Shown: positions 1 through 48,729 of the stretch, piece after piece | Position numbering within the stretch: the stretch's first letter is position 1 | How the letters are laid out: each line of letters begins with the position of its first letter | Assembly (NCBI RefSeq): GCF_009914755.1 | Contig: NC_060925.1 | Source: the human T2T-CHM13v2.0 reference genome, Homo sapiens | Length of the DNA stretch: 64,000 nucleotides | Direction: 5' to 3' (one strand) | The notes under the pieces: generated by a model | Databases searched by the model: none | The model's input: the letters and a program-made list of their open reading frames with translations, nothing else | Told to the model about the DNA's origin: nothing | Program-made: the position numbers and the translations under genes

Positions 1-136
1 TTGAGGTATAGATATTTTATCATGTTTAGAAAGTATTTGCTTGAACCCAGGAGGCGGAGGTTGCAGTGAGCTGAGACTGCGCCACTGCACTCCAGCCTGG
101 GCAACAGAGTGAGACTTTGTCTCCAAAAAAAAAAAG

Positions 137-2600
137 TATTCATGTCCAACAATTCCTATTCTCTTGAATACTTTTTATTAGGAGCAGTGTTGAATTTTGT
201 CAAAGACTTTTTCAGTTTTTATGGAGATAATCATATGAACTTTCTCCTTAAACCCATTAATGTAACTTACATTAATGGAATCCTACAAGTGAAAACATCT
301 TTGAATTATTGGCATACACCTTTTGATTATAGTGGTGTTAGAATCTATTCGCTAATATTCAGTATTTTTACATCAATATTCATAAATGATATTAGTCTTT
401 AATTTCCTTGTACTGTCTTTGTCAAGTTAAGTATGAATATTATACTTCATGAAAATGAGTTGGAAGTTTTCTTCATGTTCTGTGCTCTGAAACAAATGTA
501 CTATGCAGACTATGGTCTGTAAAAGTTTGATAGAATTTCCCTCTGAAATCATCTAGGCTTCGTGCTTTTTTGTAAAGTAATTTATTGTTAAGTTTTTCTG
601 TTTCTTCTATGAAATTTTCTTTCTTTTCAGGCATCAATTTGGGTAAACTGTATTTCCCTAGAAAATTACCAATTTCATCTAGGTTTTCAAATTTATCTGT
701 ATAGAGGTATACAAAGTAATCTCTTTAATTTTTAAATTTCTGTAGCAGTGGTTATTTACCCTTAATACTTTGATTTTGTATGTGTGTTTTTAATGTTTCT
801 TTCCTGAATAAGTTAACTAATAATCCATTTTAACTTTTTTCAAACAAAGAGGATTTTTTACTTATTAATTAGATCTACCTTTTTGCTTGATTGTATTTCA
901 TTCTGGTTTTACCTTTATTATCTTCTTGCTTGTACTTTCTTTTGGCTTATTCTTTTTCTAGCTGTTTGAGTTGAGACTTAATTTATTTTCATTCTTTTGT
1001 ATTAACTACTATAAGTATTTAAAGCTATTCTTCTCGGATCACTAGTTTTAATATATTTAATTGATTCTAGTCTTTAGTGCTTCATTATCAGTTTTATAGA
1101 AATTCTGTTTATATTTCTGTAACTCAAAAGCTATTAATAGTTTTTTTTAATTTCTAGATGGAAGGGTTTTTTGTGTTTTTTAATTTCATTTTTAATTGCT
1201 AGTTTTAGTGCACTTTGATCAGTGTTTGCAGTAATTCTACTCTATGAAATTTGCTTTCTTGGTAACCTAATATATGATCAATTTTTCTATTTTATGTGTG
1301 CTTGAGAAAAATGTGTATTTTCTAGTTTCTGTTCTCATAATATAGTATTTGATATGTATGCATAAGATATACCTTATTGATTATGTCGCTTGGCTCTTCT
1401 ATATTCCTTTTTTGTCCTTGGACCTGTGTGTTAAAGTCTCTTATTATCAGTGTGTCTATTTCTCTTTATATCATCTATAGGTAGTTACTGTGTTGCCTTA
1501 TACATAATCATAACTTTATGTCTTGATGATAAATTGTGACTTTGAGCTTTGTAAAGTGTTCTCCCTTGTCAGATTTAATTCATTTGTTGTCTAAGTTCTA
1601 GTTTGTCTGATATCTGGATTTCAACTCGTTTTCTTATTGTTTCCATTTGACTGTATATATTTGTTCTTCCCATTACTTTTAGCCTGTTCAAAATATGATG
1701 TTTTAAGTAATTTTCTTGAATTAGTGTGGAACTGAGTTTTGCTTTATGAGCAGATTTGAAATCCTTTCCTTTAAATAGGCAATTTAAGCCCATTTGCATT
1801 TATTGCTCTGACTGATATGTTTGTTTTCAACTCTATCATATTTTTATAAATAGTACCTGATTCAGTTATATTTACTGTATTTCTTTTTCTATGTGGAATC
1901 TTCTTTGCTTTTTATTTTAATTTCTTTTGGTATATAGGAAAGTTTATATTTTTGTTCCACTGGTTACTTTTACAAACTAGAAAAGAGCAAATTAAACCCA
2001 CAGTAGAAGGAAGAAAATAATAAAGATTAGAATAAAAACCAAGAGCTCTTTAAAAAAAAAAAAATGATGAAACTCCATCTCCATACTGATCAAGAAAAAA
2101 AAGGAAAGAAGACACAAGTTACCAGTAACAGAAATGAAAGAGAAGATATCACTACAAATTCTTTATACATAAGAAGGATGATGAGGAAATATTATGAACA
2201 ACATTTTACCTATAAATTCACTGAGATGAAATAGGCAAATTCTCTGAAGAAAACACAAATTACAAAAACTAAGAAGAAACAGAAAAACAGAATAACCCTA
2301 TATCTATGAAATAAATTGAATTAATAATTTAAAAACCTTCTCACAAAGAAAATGCCAGTCCCAGATGGTGAATTTATCAAAAATGTAAAGAAGAAATAAC
2401 ACTAATCCTATGCAAAGTCTTTCAGAAAAGGAGAATGAAGTTACCAACTCATTTTATAAGGCCAGAATTGCCCTGATTGAAACCACAGACACTAAAAGAA
2501 AACTACAGATCAGTATCTCTCATGATCTTAGATACAAAAATTCTTAACTATTAGTAAATTAATTCCAACAAAGTATAAAAGGGGAAATACTATGACTTAA
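137..2600. mobile_element. Old L1M fragments (antisense ~137-1970, sense ORF2 fragment ~1971-2600)
   Basis: T-rich L1-like tract switching to A-rich ORF2-like sequence (gaaaactacagatcagtatctctcatga). Confidence 0.65.
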
Positions 2601-2689
2601 GTGTGGTTTATATTATTAATTAATGTTGATAGAATCATTATCTTATACTCACATTTAATTTCTCATTGAAAATAATCTAACTTCTTTAG

Positions 2690-2810
2690 ATGCCTTCATA
2701 ACAGACTTGTCTCTTCATTTCTTCCCACTGTTTTCAAATACCAAATCCACTTTCCAAAAATAAAGATTTGCCATCACTGAGGAGCTCCAAAACAATATGC
2801 TAAATTAGGC
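2690..2810 (+). mobile_element. Degenerate mariner-type transposase relic (MARNA-like)
   Basis: Frame from 2701 reads TDLSLHFFPLFSNTKSTFQK*RFAITEELQNNML, resembling the mariner C-terminal SPDLAPxDFxLFxxxKxxLKGxRF region. Confidence 0.45.
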
Positions 2811-2823
2811 TTTGGACCCCACT

Positions 2824-2931
2824 GGGTGCAGCACACCAACATGGCATGTGTATACATATGTAACTAACCTGCACATTGTGCACATGTACCCTAAAACTTA
2901 AAGTATAATTTAAAAAATCAGAAAAAAAAAA
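2824..2931 (+). mobile_element. Short 3' fragment of a young L1PA
   Basis: gggtgcagcacaccaacatggc...gtaccctaaaacttaaagtataa plus A tail. Confidence 0.85.
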
Positions 2932-4111
2932 GAATTCTCTGCTTCAGAACGTTCTTGGATTATGGTAATATTCTGTATCTTGATTGTGGTCATGTTTACA
3001 TGAGTATATAATTTATCAGAACTCATTGAGCTATACACTTAAAATTTTTTTTAATGTCTTGCTCTAACTATAAGTTGCGTTTCAGATCTAAGATATTCAC
3101 AAATATCTGAAGAATATTCTTGATAGTAGAGAAAGTTCTGAAATCCCTTCTAGTTCTAATCCTTCCTCCAAAGTGAACCTGATACATACCATATTGAAAT
3201 CCCAGTAAGGAAATCTTACCCTTGTTTATCGGACTAGCATGGCTCCATGTAGGTGCAAAAAAAGTCATTTGGAGCTTAACATTTGTGACTCATTTAAATT
3301 ATTTTTGAACTTAATCAAATCTGTATTTAATTTTCTCCTACTTCATTAGACCTAGCTTAATTCATACAGTGTTGCTCTGCTCATAAACATACATTTTTAA
3401 ATTGTCTAAACTCAACAATTAAGTTCACCATATACTTGTTAGAACAATTCCAGATGACTTTGCTTAGTCATTCGTGTTTGTTTTCAGCTTTATTCATTCT
3501 TCAAATAGCATCTACATTCATCTGAAGAAACTAAAAGTAAACTGATTACCATAATCGTGTGGGGCTTAGAGTTCAGATCGCCTCTAAACTCTTATTTAAG
3601 AGTAGATATTGTGAAGCATTATTTTCTTAACTTGGTTATTTGATTCAAGGATAGACTTTAGTGCTAGATCTGCCCAAATGGCATATCATTAATATCGTTT
3701 TACTGGTGGGGGAAAAGGAGAGGTAGCATTTTAGCCAGGCATGTCTATCAAAAGTATTATTTTTACTCTCTGCTCTTAGTGCCAAATATTTTCTCACCCA
3801 AATTTTCATATCTTCATGTCATCTTGCGTTTCCATTAAATGAGTTAACACCTTAGTAGATTATTCATAAACTTCAAACTTGGTGATCATTGATATTTATA
3901 TAACATTTGGTTTATACTCTGATGAAATTTAAAAAAATGTTTAGGCACTTCACAAAGATACACAATACCATACTTAAGTGAAGAAATCACAGAGAAAAAT
4001 AAGAGGAAAGCAAGATGCAGTCATGACTAAACTTTTGCATGCTGTGAAGACCAATGCACTTACTAGAGCTAAGCCCCAAATTTAGCGCTGGACTTTATAG
4101 TCCCTCAACAC

Positions 4112-4222
4112 AAGGTTAACAGATAAAATACAGGGCACCCAATTAAATTTAAATTCCAGATAAACAAGTAATTTATAGTATAAGTATGTCTTGTATTTTT
4201 GCTTGCCAAACTAAGCCGCCCT
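4112..4222. mobile_element. MER53 hAT MITE, internally deleted
   Basis: aaggttaacagataaaatacagggcacccaattaaattt... matches the MER53 left arm and terminus. Confidence 0.7.
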
Positions 4223-4458
4223 ACCACAGAGAAAAAAATGCAACCATTCTAATTACTAAATTACCTAAGCAACCTCAGCTAAAATTTAAAGGGTAACTAT
4301 TTAATTTCCTGAACCTCAGAAAGTCTCTCACTCAGATGGTTTGCAGATTTATGCCATAAAAATTGAAGCATTCATTATTATTTCTGCTATAAATATAACT
4401 GGCCTTATGGCCCTTTACTGTTTTGAGATTTGTATTTTTTCCTAATGCACTCGAGAAT

Positions 4459-5020
4459 ATTTATTTATTTATTTATTTTCTTGGTGATATGGCCTCACCT
4501 GTCTCTCAGGCCAGAGTGCTGTGATGGTGGTACACCTACGGCGTACTGCAGCCTTGACCTCCTGGGCTCAAGTGATCCATTCACCTCAGCCACTGGAGTA
4601 GAAGGGACTACAGGCACGCACCACCATGTCCGGCTAATTTTTCTTTTTCTTTTTTTTTTTTTTGAGATGGAGCCTCACTCTGTTGCCCAGGCTGAAGTGA
4701 AATGGCGCAATCTTGGCTTACTGCAACCTCTGTCTCCCGCGTTCAAGTGATTCTCCTGCCTCAGGGTTTCACCATGTTGGCCAGGCTAGTCTCAAACTCC
4801 TGACCTCAAGTGATCTGCCTGCCTCAGCCTCCTAAAGTGCTGGGGTTACAGGCATGAGCCACCACACCAAGCCTTAGCTAATTTTTTTATTTTTTATTTT
4901 TGTAGAAATAAGTTCTCACTATGTTGCCCAGGCTGGTCTCGAATTCCTGAGCTCAAATAGTTCTCCTGCCTCAGCCTCCCAAATTGTTAGGATTACAGGC
5001 ATGAGCCACCACACTTGGCT
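4459..5020 (-). mobile_element. AluJ with nested, partly deleted AluS (~4650-4873)
   Basis: Antisense Alu consensus segments. Confidence 0.85.
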
Positions 5021-5923
5021 AAGGAAAACATTCTTAATAAAATATTTAAATTATTTTTATGACCTATTGCATATTCTGCTAAATATTCTGACTTTTTGAT
5101 GAGCATGATTATAACCCTGTCCCAAGAGAATCCATCAACTTCATTAGAGGTACTGCCTGCACTAATAGACATCACATGTAGTACAGTCTCGTGAGTAATA
5201 ATATAACAAACCACGTGAAGGGTAGGAGTGACTGTTTCTTTCCTCTGCGTTGCACCCTGTCCCTTTTACTCTACATTCTGATGAATGGAATTACAAGGCC
5301 TTGGAATAGGTGGCTGGCCTGTACAACAAGGTAATATCCTTGTTGCCGTTTCATCTCCATTCTGACAGTTGCCTAGCCTTGGGTAAAGATAAATTATTGG
5401 TGTTTGTAGATTCTCACTAGCATATATATTAGAGAGTTTGATCGTCAGAGTTTTTTCACTGGTCTAATACTCTCCTCATTATATTCATTCTTGTTTACAG
5501 AATTGCTGACACTCTTATTCTTTTTTGAAACTGACCCCTTGGTTTTTCTGCCCTAGACACTGCCTATTCAGCAACTAATCTTCTGCAAGCTTTTTCTGAC
5601 TTTTTATATGCCTTATATATCTGGAGTTATAGTTTGATATAGTTAATTTGTCTTATTTTGAATATAAATTTTTATTTTGATCTTTTATTTTTTAAGTCAT
5701 TTTTCTTAAATTGCTTGACTCACAAATGATTATTTTTACTAAATTTTAATGGTGTCTTCTGTACCTTCCTTTGTTCTCTTTTCAAATTTTTCCTTTCCTC
5801 TGGTATCGTTTGAAACTTCAGCGCATTGTAGAATACAGCTTTGTCCCATAACCCTGAAGAAAAACACTGAGACAATAAATGTGATCACAGGATTTTTTTT
5901 TCTTCTTACCTAACTTTGAACAG

Positions 5924-39407
<33,484 letters not shown>

Positions 39408-40850
39408 ACACAGAGAAGACAGTCTTGTATATATTCCTCTGTATTCTGGGGAGCTTTGACCTTGGAGCTTTGTACAGCTTGAGAAAACATTAGAACAAAT
39501 TTTATTATTTGCCGGTGCCTCAACAAATGGAAATACAATCCAATGAAAGTACTTCACCTGCAAGATGCACAATAATTTTCAACTCTGTGCAGAAGAATAT
39601 TTATTTTTGGTTTTAATTTATCATGGTTTTTTGTTGTTTTCGTTTTGAACTTATCCTTCCTCCCACAAAAAAAGAAAAGAAGAAAAAATTCCAAGCAGCA
39701 AAACTTACTTTGTTTGTAAGGTATTCATTTAGGTTTGAAAATACTATTTAATAAGGGCAGAAGGGCTATATATGATTTGGCTATTATTTCTAGACACTCC
39801 ATCCACATGATTCCACTAACAAGGATTACCAGGAATAAAGGTAGGTATGCAAAATGTATTAGCTACCCATTATTCTCGCACTAACCACCAGAAGACTTGA
39901 AAATCTTAAAAAAAAAAAACAAAAAAACAAGAAAAGGCAACATCTCATTTTAAATAGTACAATTCAGAAGGGATACTAAATCAATAAAAACCAGGACTCA
40001 GACACTACAGTTTTCATCAGTGTAATTTTATGTCTTGTTTCTTTCTATATGAACTTGTTTATTTAGTCTTTTTTTCATAATATTCTCATAGAGTTTCTGC
40101 TAGATCTAGAGCTCTGCTCAGTGCCTCTTATAAAAACAATATATAAGTCTCATATGCTGTCTTGAGAATCCAAGAGAATCACATGCAGCTCTGCAACAGT
40201 TTTTGCTCAAAAATGTTACTGACTAAAGCAACTGTCCTTCCTGTTTCCTTATTGCTACCAAGGACCAGCAGGGAGAAATGTCTTCTCCCAGCAGTGAATT
40301 CTGTTATGCAATTTATTCTTGATGCTCAGGCCTGGTTAAGCTGAGGCTTACCTTTAATAACAGCCTCCAAGGGAATGAATTATTCAGTTAATGTAATAGC
40401 ACACATTAAAGAGTGTAAAATCAATTGAGGCATTTTATTAATATCTTGGTTCTTTTATACAAACAATGTATCATTATCTTCATTCTATAAGGTCATTGTT
40501 ACTACTTCTCTCAAATTGCACTTTCTGGTAAAAAGTTAAAAATTTTTAAGGAAAAAATAATTTCAATGGTTAAAGTTTTTTTTCCTCATTGTATTCATAG
40601 ACAAATTTTTTTCAATATATTTTGCAAGAAAAATCTTTGAATAAGACTAACTGCATTTAAAAGGAATAACCTCCTTCTCCCTTTCCCCAACTACAAAAAT
40701 GTTTGGCAACTTTGTGTTTACATTTAAAGATCATTTGCACCTTTTTCAAGGAAAAAAAGTATTGAGTAAACAATTGTTTACATATATCATTTATGCTTTT
40801 TTCTAGCATGTATAACTTTTTTAAATAAAGGTAGTATTTACCATTAAAAA
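39408..40850 (+). other. KLHL20: KLHL20 3'UTR (end approximate)
   Basis: AU-rich segment without recognisable repeats after the stop; ends after AATAAA at 40824 with U-rich sequence downstream. Confidence 0.75.
40824..40829 (+). terminator. Probable main KLHL20 polyadenylation signal (alternatives at 39834, 39983, 40964)
   Basis: AATAAA with upstream TGTA (40809) and downstream T/GT-rich tract (40865-40910). Confidence 0.7.
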
Positions 40851-42545
40851 AATTTTAGCTAATGCTTTTTATCCTTGTACTTTTGTTATTTAATTTGGAA
40901 TTTCTGTTTCTATATAATTTATTTTATCTGTATGTAAAGTTACAAGTGCTTTCAACTTGAAGGAATAAAAGGATTGCCAGCTAGAATTAATAGGAATTTT
41001 CATTATATATTTTTATATGTTATATTACCTAACCTATAAACTTATTTTCTAGGTAGGACTTAGACTCATACAATTTTGAGCTGGAAGGACTCTTTAACAA
41101 TCATCTAGTCCAAACCCACTTATTACACTGATCCAAGTCTGAAAACCACAAAGTCTGCCTAAGAATAAATAGTCAATTAATGATAGAACCAACATTAGAA
41201 ATCAGCTTCCTCAATTCCCAGTCCATTCCTCTTTCTATGCCACACTGCCACTATAGGTTTACCTGAAACTAAATATAATAAAAGACCTTAAGTATTTTAA
41301 TTAAGTCTGGTATTAACATGTAAAAAGTATAAAAACTTTTATGAGATCCTCACTGTAGTACATCATTAACAATCAGTCTTCAAGACAAAATCATGTATTT
41401 CCCAAGACTCTACTACTTCATACATCTGAGGCAAAAGAGAGTGATGATAGCATTATCACTGATAGCAAGAACAAAACTAGGGATTAGACTCTCCATTAGT
41501 CAGGAAGTCCCCAGTGGGAGCAATTCACAGGGCATTGATTCAAGAGTAGAGACCCAGGAATTAACAGCACTGGCCAGTCTTCATTGGAGCCTGTTAGGGG
41601 TTTGTTTTTCCCCCTCCACTGAAGGCACTCCAGTTTTATTATTGATTGAAATGTATTGTATTAAAGGTGTTGCTGTAAAATAGAATGTTTATTAATTTGT
41701 GTGCATAGTTTTTTCCACAACTCAAGTTTGGAATGGGGGTTGGATTGGCAGTCATTTTCATTTCATAAATAAGTCCACTGAAGCTTAGAAAAGTTAAAAT
41801 GACATGGTAGGAGCTGAACCTTAAATCTATAGCCCCTGATTGTAAATCCTTTGTGCTCTATACACATTCCCCCATTCCTGTTTTTGATTGCTTCCCAGCT
41901 TTGTTCCATGTTTTACCTCCAGATATTCACACTGCAGATAATACTTCTTGACCACTGTGTAAAAGGGGTCTTTCCTGAACAAGATGTGACGGAGTAGGGG
42001 ACGAACCTTTCAAACTTTATGTTAACTGAGGAAACAGATGGGCAAAGAAAAAAATGCAAGAAGGAAAGAAATACAGAAGAGGAGAGAAAGAAGCAGCAGG
42101 AGGCAAAAATGACCCACTAAACCTGAGTATGTCTGCCCAATTGTGAGAAATGGCTCTGTAAATTGCTTTGAGGGCCCTGCTGGAAATGACTGAAAAGAAT
42201 GGTCCCAAGAAATGACAAAACTCTTCAACTAAGTTGTCTTACATGTCCTTAATATTGATCTTTCAATTATTTAGCTGTGTAAGGTTAGGAACTTAGATTA
42301 TTTTAAATGTAAAAAAGAAAGGATGGTTATTCACTGAACTATCATAAAATATTTGGGATTATTCCAATAACAGTAACCTACTAATACCCCTATCCTAGAA
42401 AGACTGTTTAAGCCTGAATTCCTAGGAAAAAAGGACACATATCTTCAGGGTGAATTTAGATCAGTGAACCCTTGGACTTCTAAACAGGAACAGCCCCTGC
42501 TTTCAAAAAGCTTAGTTTTAAGCCTTTTTCATCAAGCCTCTGTAT

Positions 42546-45117
<2,572 letters not shown>

Positions 45118-45314
45118 CTCTAAATCTTCCAGTTTACAGGAAATACAAAGGAACAGAGGAATGTGTTAACTTCATAGCAATTCAATGAGCAGAGTTCAAA
45201 AGTGCGAAACTTTACAAGACAAATAACTTTGCTTCTCCAAAAATTGAATTGCAAGGAAAGAAAGTGGAGAGGGAGAAACTGACAGAGTAAAAGGAATTTA
45301 AGACTCATATCATC

Positions 45315-45709
45315 AGCCTAGAGCGGTGGCTCATACCTATTAATAAAATCCCCCAGCACTTTGAGAGGGCAAGGCGGGAGAATCGCTTTAACCCAGGAAT
45401 TCAAGACCAATTTAGGCAAATAAGAGAGACCGTCTTTACAAAAAACTACATATATATATAAAATTTATATATATAAAATATAAAATGTATATACTATATA
45501 ATTATATATTAAAATTATATATTATATATAAATTATGTTATATATAAATTTTAATTATATATATATATATATAAAAGCTGGGTGTGTTGGCACATGCCTC
45601 TGGTCCCAGATACTTGGGAGATTGAGGTGGGAGGATTACTTGGGCCAGTGCATGATCACACCACTGCACTACAGCCTCATTGACAGAGCAAGACCCTGTC
45701 TCGAAAAAA
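45315..45709 (+). mobile_element. AluJ with expanded AT-rich linker (45447-45573)
   Basis: Alu arms flanking (TA)n low-complexity sequence. Confidence 0.8.
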
Positions 45710-45716
45710 GCCAGCC

Positions 45717-46056
45717 AGATATGAGGGCGATCTGACTGTGACATCTGTCACTCTATTGATCGCCAGGGTTGATTCGGCTGATCTGGCTAGCTAGGCAGGA
45801 GTCCCCTTCCTCCCTCACCACTCCATGTGCTTCCCTCTTGAAGCTGTGCACACTCAGTGGAAGAGGACAGCCATCCCCAATAGAGGAAGGCCAGTCTGCA
45901 GTCAAGGGTATACAAGTAGCTGCATTCCCCTACTAGAACCTCCAAACAAGCTCTCAAGGTTCATTTGTAAGAGAACGTAGGGTTCTTTGAAGTCAAGCTT
46001 CCAAGACTCCAGACACATCCAAGTGAGTTGCTGCATGTGGCAGTCTGCCTTTCTTT
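45717..46056 (+). pseudogene. Full-length 7SK snRNA retropseudogene
   Basis: gatatgagggcgatctgactgtgacatctgtc...gcagtctgcctttcttt matches 7SK end to end, followed by an A-rich tail; scattered substitutions, ~7-nt insertion near 45984, no evident PSE/TATA upstream. Confidence 0.93.
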
Positions 46057-47036
46057 AAAACAAACAAACAAAACCACCAAACTTCAGGTAATAAGGCAGG
46101 TAATGTTTTACATAATGCATCTCAGTATAAAACATGCAACAATTGAATTATTTACATAGCCCAGCAGAAGCGATTCAATAGTCTGCCCTGATGTGGACTG
46201 TAAGAATGATTAGAAAAGAAGTTAAGCCTGAGAAAGGTTTGAAAGAGAGTAATAGTTTTGCTAAGTGGACAAGAGTGGAAAGGACATTCCAGGCAGAGCA
46301 GCATGTGTAAGATATACAGAAGGAAGGCAGTGAGACAGTATGGGCTGTTCAGGGAAATCAAAGCAGTCTGCTTTCAGGAGAATAAAGTAAAAAAAGCCTG
46401 TGTCCAGAAATAAGACAGGAGAACCAGGTATCATCATAAGGGCCTCATATCCCAGTACTTTTCTCTCAGCTTTCTTTTCTGATGTTAATTCTAGTAAGTT
46501 CTGTGAGGGTGTACACGGTCAGGCTCTAAGAGGCCCCCAGTGATCCCTGCATTCTGGTATTCACACCCTTGTGTAATCCTCTCCCAAAATGCACCAGGGT
46601 TGGTCTGGTCTGTGTGCCTAATAGCGATGCTAGGAACTCTGGTGGGGAATGTTGATAATGGGTGAGGCTATGCATTTGTAGAGAAAAAGGGTATATGGGA
46701 AATCTCTGTAAACATCCACTGAATTTTGTTGTGAACCTAAAACTGCTCTAAAAAATAAACTCTATTAAAAAGTATAGGGGGGTGGTATGTCACTTCCAAA
46801 ATTAGGCTTAAAAAGAATCTAGCTTTTGTCTTGAGTGTTTTTCTCTCATCTTTCACACTCTGGGAAATGCAAATACATAAAAGAATATAAGAAACCCATG
46901 AACCTCCATATACCAACCATCCAGCTTCAAAAATTAACAGATTTTGTAAATTTTGTTTTATCTGTCTCCTCCCACTCTTACTTCTCCTCTCCATCACCAC
47001 TGAAGTATTTTAAAGCAGATCCCAGCCATCACCTTA

Positions 47037-47386
47037 AAGTCATGCACTTCATTCATAACAACGTTTTGGTCATTGACAGACCACATATATGACAGTGGTC
47101 TCATAAGATTATAATACTGTGTTTTTACAGTGCCTTTTCTATGTTTAGATATGTTTAGATACACAAATCCTTACCATTGTGTTGCCTACAGTATTCAGTA
47201 CAGTAAGTAATACATTGTACAAGTTTGTAGCCTAGGAGCAACAGGCTATCCCATATAGCCTAGGTATATGGTAGGCTATACCATCTAGATTTATGTAAGT
47301 ACACTCCGTGATGTTTATACAAAGATGAAATCACCTAAAGACATATTTCTCAGAACATACCCCTGTCGTTAAGTGATGCATGACTG
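47037..47386. mobile_element. Tigger3a (MER7A) TcMar element
   Basis: TIRs agtcatgc / gcatgactg, TA TSDs, internal cataagattataatac...gtttgtagcctaggagcaa. Confidence 0.85.
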
Positions 47387-47724
47387 TATTTCACCCACAT
47401 TTGAGTATTTAACAGATAAGGTCTAACTATAACAACATTATCACACTTGATAAAATAAACATTCCTTAATATCATCTAATACCCAATCAATGTTAAAATT
47501 CCCCTAGTTACCACTTAATTTGTTTACTATTATACTTTGAAGTTTTCTTTTTTTCCTGTCCCTTCTTTTGCTCACTTGGTCAAATTTCTATTTCGTTCCT
47601 TTGCCCTTTAATTTTAGAAATTCTTCTATAGTTTCTATTCTATTTGGTGTGTGTATCTGCACTGCAACAGATATAGTTAAACGTATTTCTCTACGAAGAT
47701 ACTCACATTAAGAGGCTGTTATCC

Positions 47725-47950
47725 ATCCTGGCTACCACGGTGAAACCCCGTCTCTACTAAAAATACAAAAAAAAAAAATTAGCCGGACATAGTGGCGGGC
47801 GCCTGTAGTCCCAGCTACTCAGGAGGCTGAGGCAGGAGAATGGCGTGAATCCAGGAGGTAGAGCTCGCAGTGAGCCAAGATCACGCCACTGCACTCCAGC
47901 CTGGGCGACAGAGGAAGACTCCGTCTCAAAAAAAAAAAAAAAAAAAAAAG
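47725..47950 (+). mobile_element. 5'-truncated AluY
   Basis: TSD aagaggctgtta. Confidence 0.88.
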
Positions 47951-48729
47951 AGGCTGTTAGAAATACTTCATAGGTGCTCTATAGCACCCAGTCATAACAT
48001 ACGTGATACCTAGACAGCCCGTGTTTAGAGATACTAACAGTGGGTAGTGGCCTCGGGTGTTATCAGCTAGCTCCATTATAAAATACTCCATCAATCTTTC
48101 ACCTAAGGGTTTAAGCAGATACTAATGATTGATGCTTACATCTATTATTTCACTGAGAGTTATAAATGATGCCTTCTCATTCCTTTGCATTTATCAGCTG
48201 AAATATATCTAAAAAACTTACCTTGATCAGCTATTTGATTATCTTGAAATATAATTTATACTAGAAAGTAGAAAATGTTTGCTTCTCCCCTTTACCAATT
48301 TTCAGAACTTGATTCTGCAGCAACCTCCAAAAGTAACACCAATTTCTAAAATTTTGTTTAGTATTAGTATGAGCTCATAAATTATTTTTACTTTAATATT
48401 GATATAAATAAATTTTTATATATTCAATCAATTACACTTTTTCCTTTTGATATGTGAATTGTCTCACCTTTGGCAAGTAGGGTCCCCCTTCATTTTGGCT
48501 CCTAGCCTTTTGACACAACTGTTGATAGCTATCTTGCTTTTCTGATATATGAAAGGTTATTTTTATACATTTCTTGTCCCAAACCTGAAATCAGCCCTTC
48601 CTCAAGAAGTTTTAGCTCCTTTTAGTGGGAAATACTTATAGAACATAATCTGTGTGTTAGTAATGTTCATTGTTAATGGCTTTTTACTGCTTCCGGGCCT
48701 CTCCAGTAAACAAAGCTATGTGTTTTTTA

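Noticed and set aside
5212-5217. CACGTG E-box / hypoxia element
   Set aside because: A single hexamer is expected by chance in 64 kb, with no supporting context
45717-46056. Functional 7SK gene
   Set aside because: Diverged, A-tailed, and lacks upstream DSE/PSE/TATA; called a pseudogene
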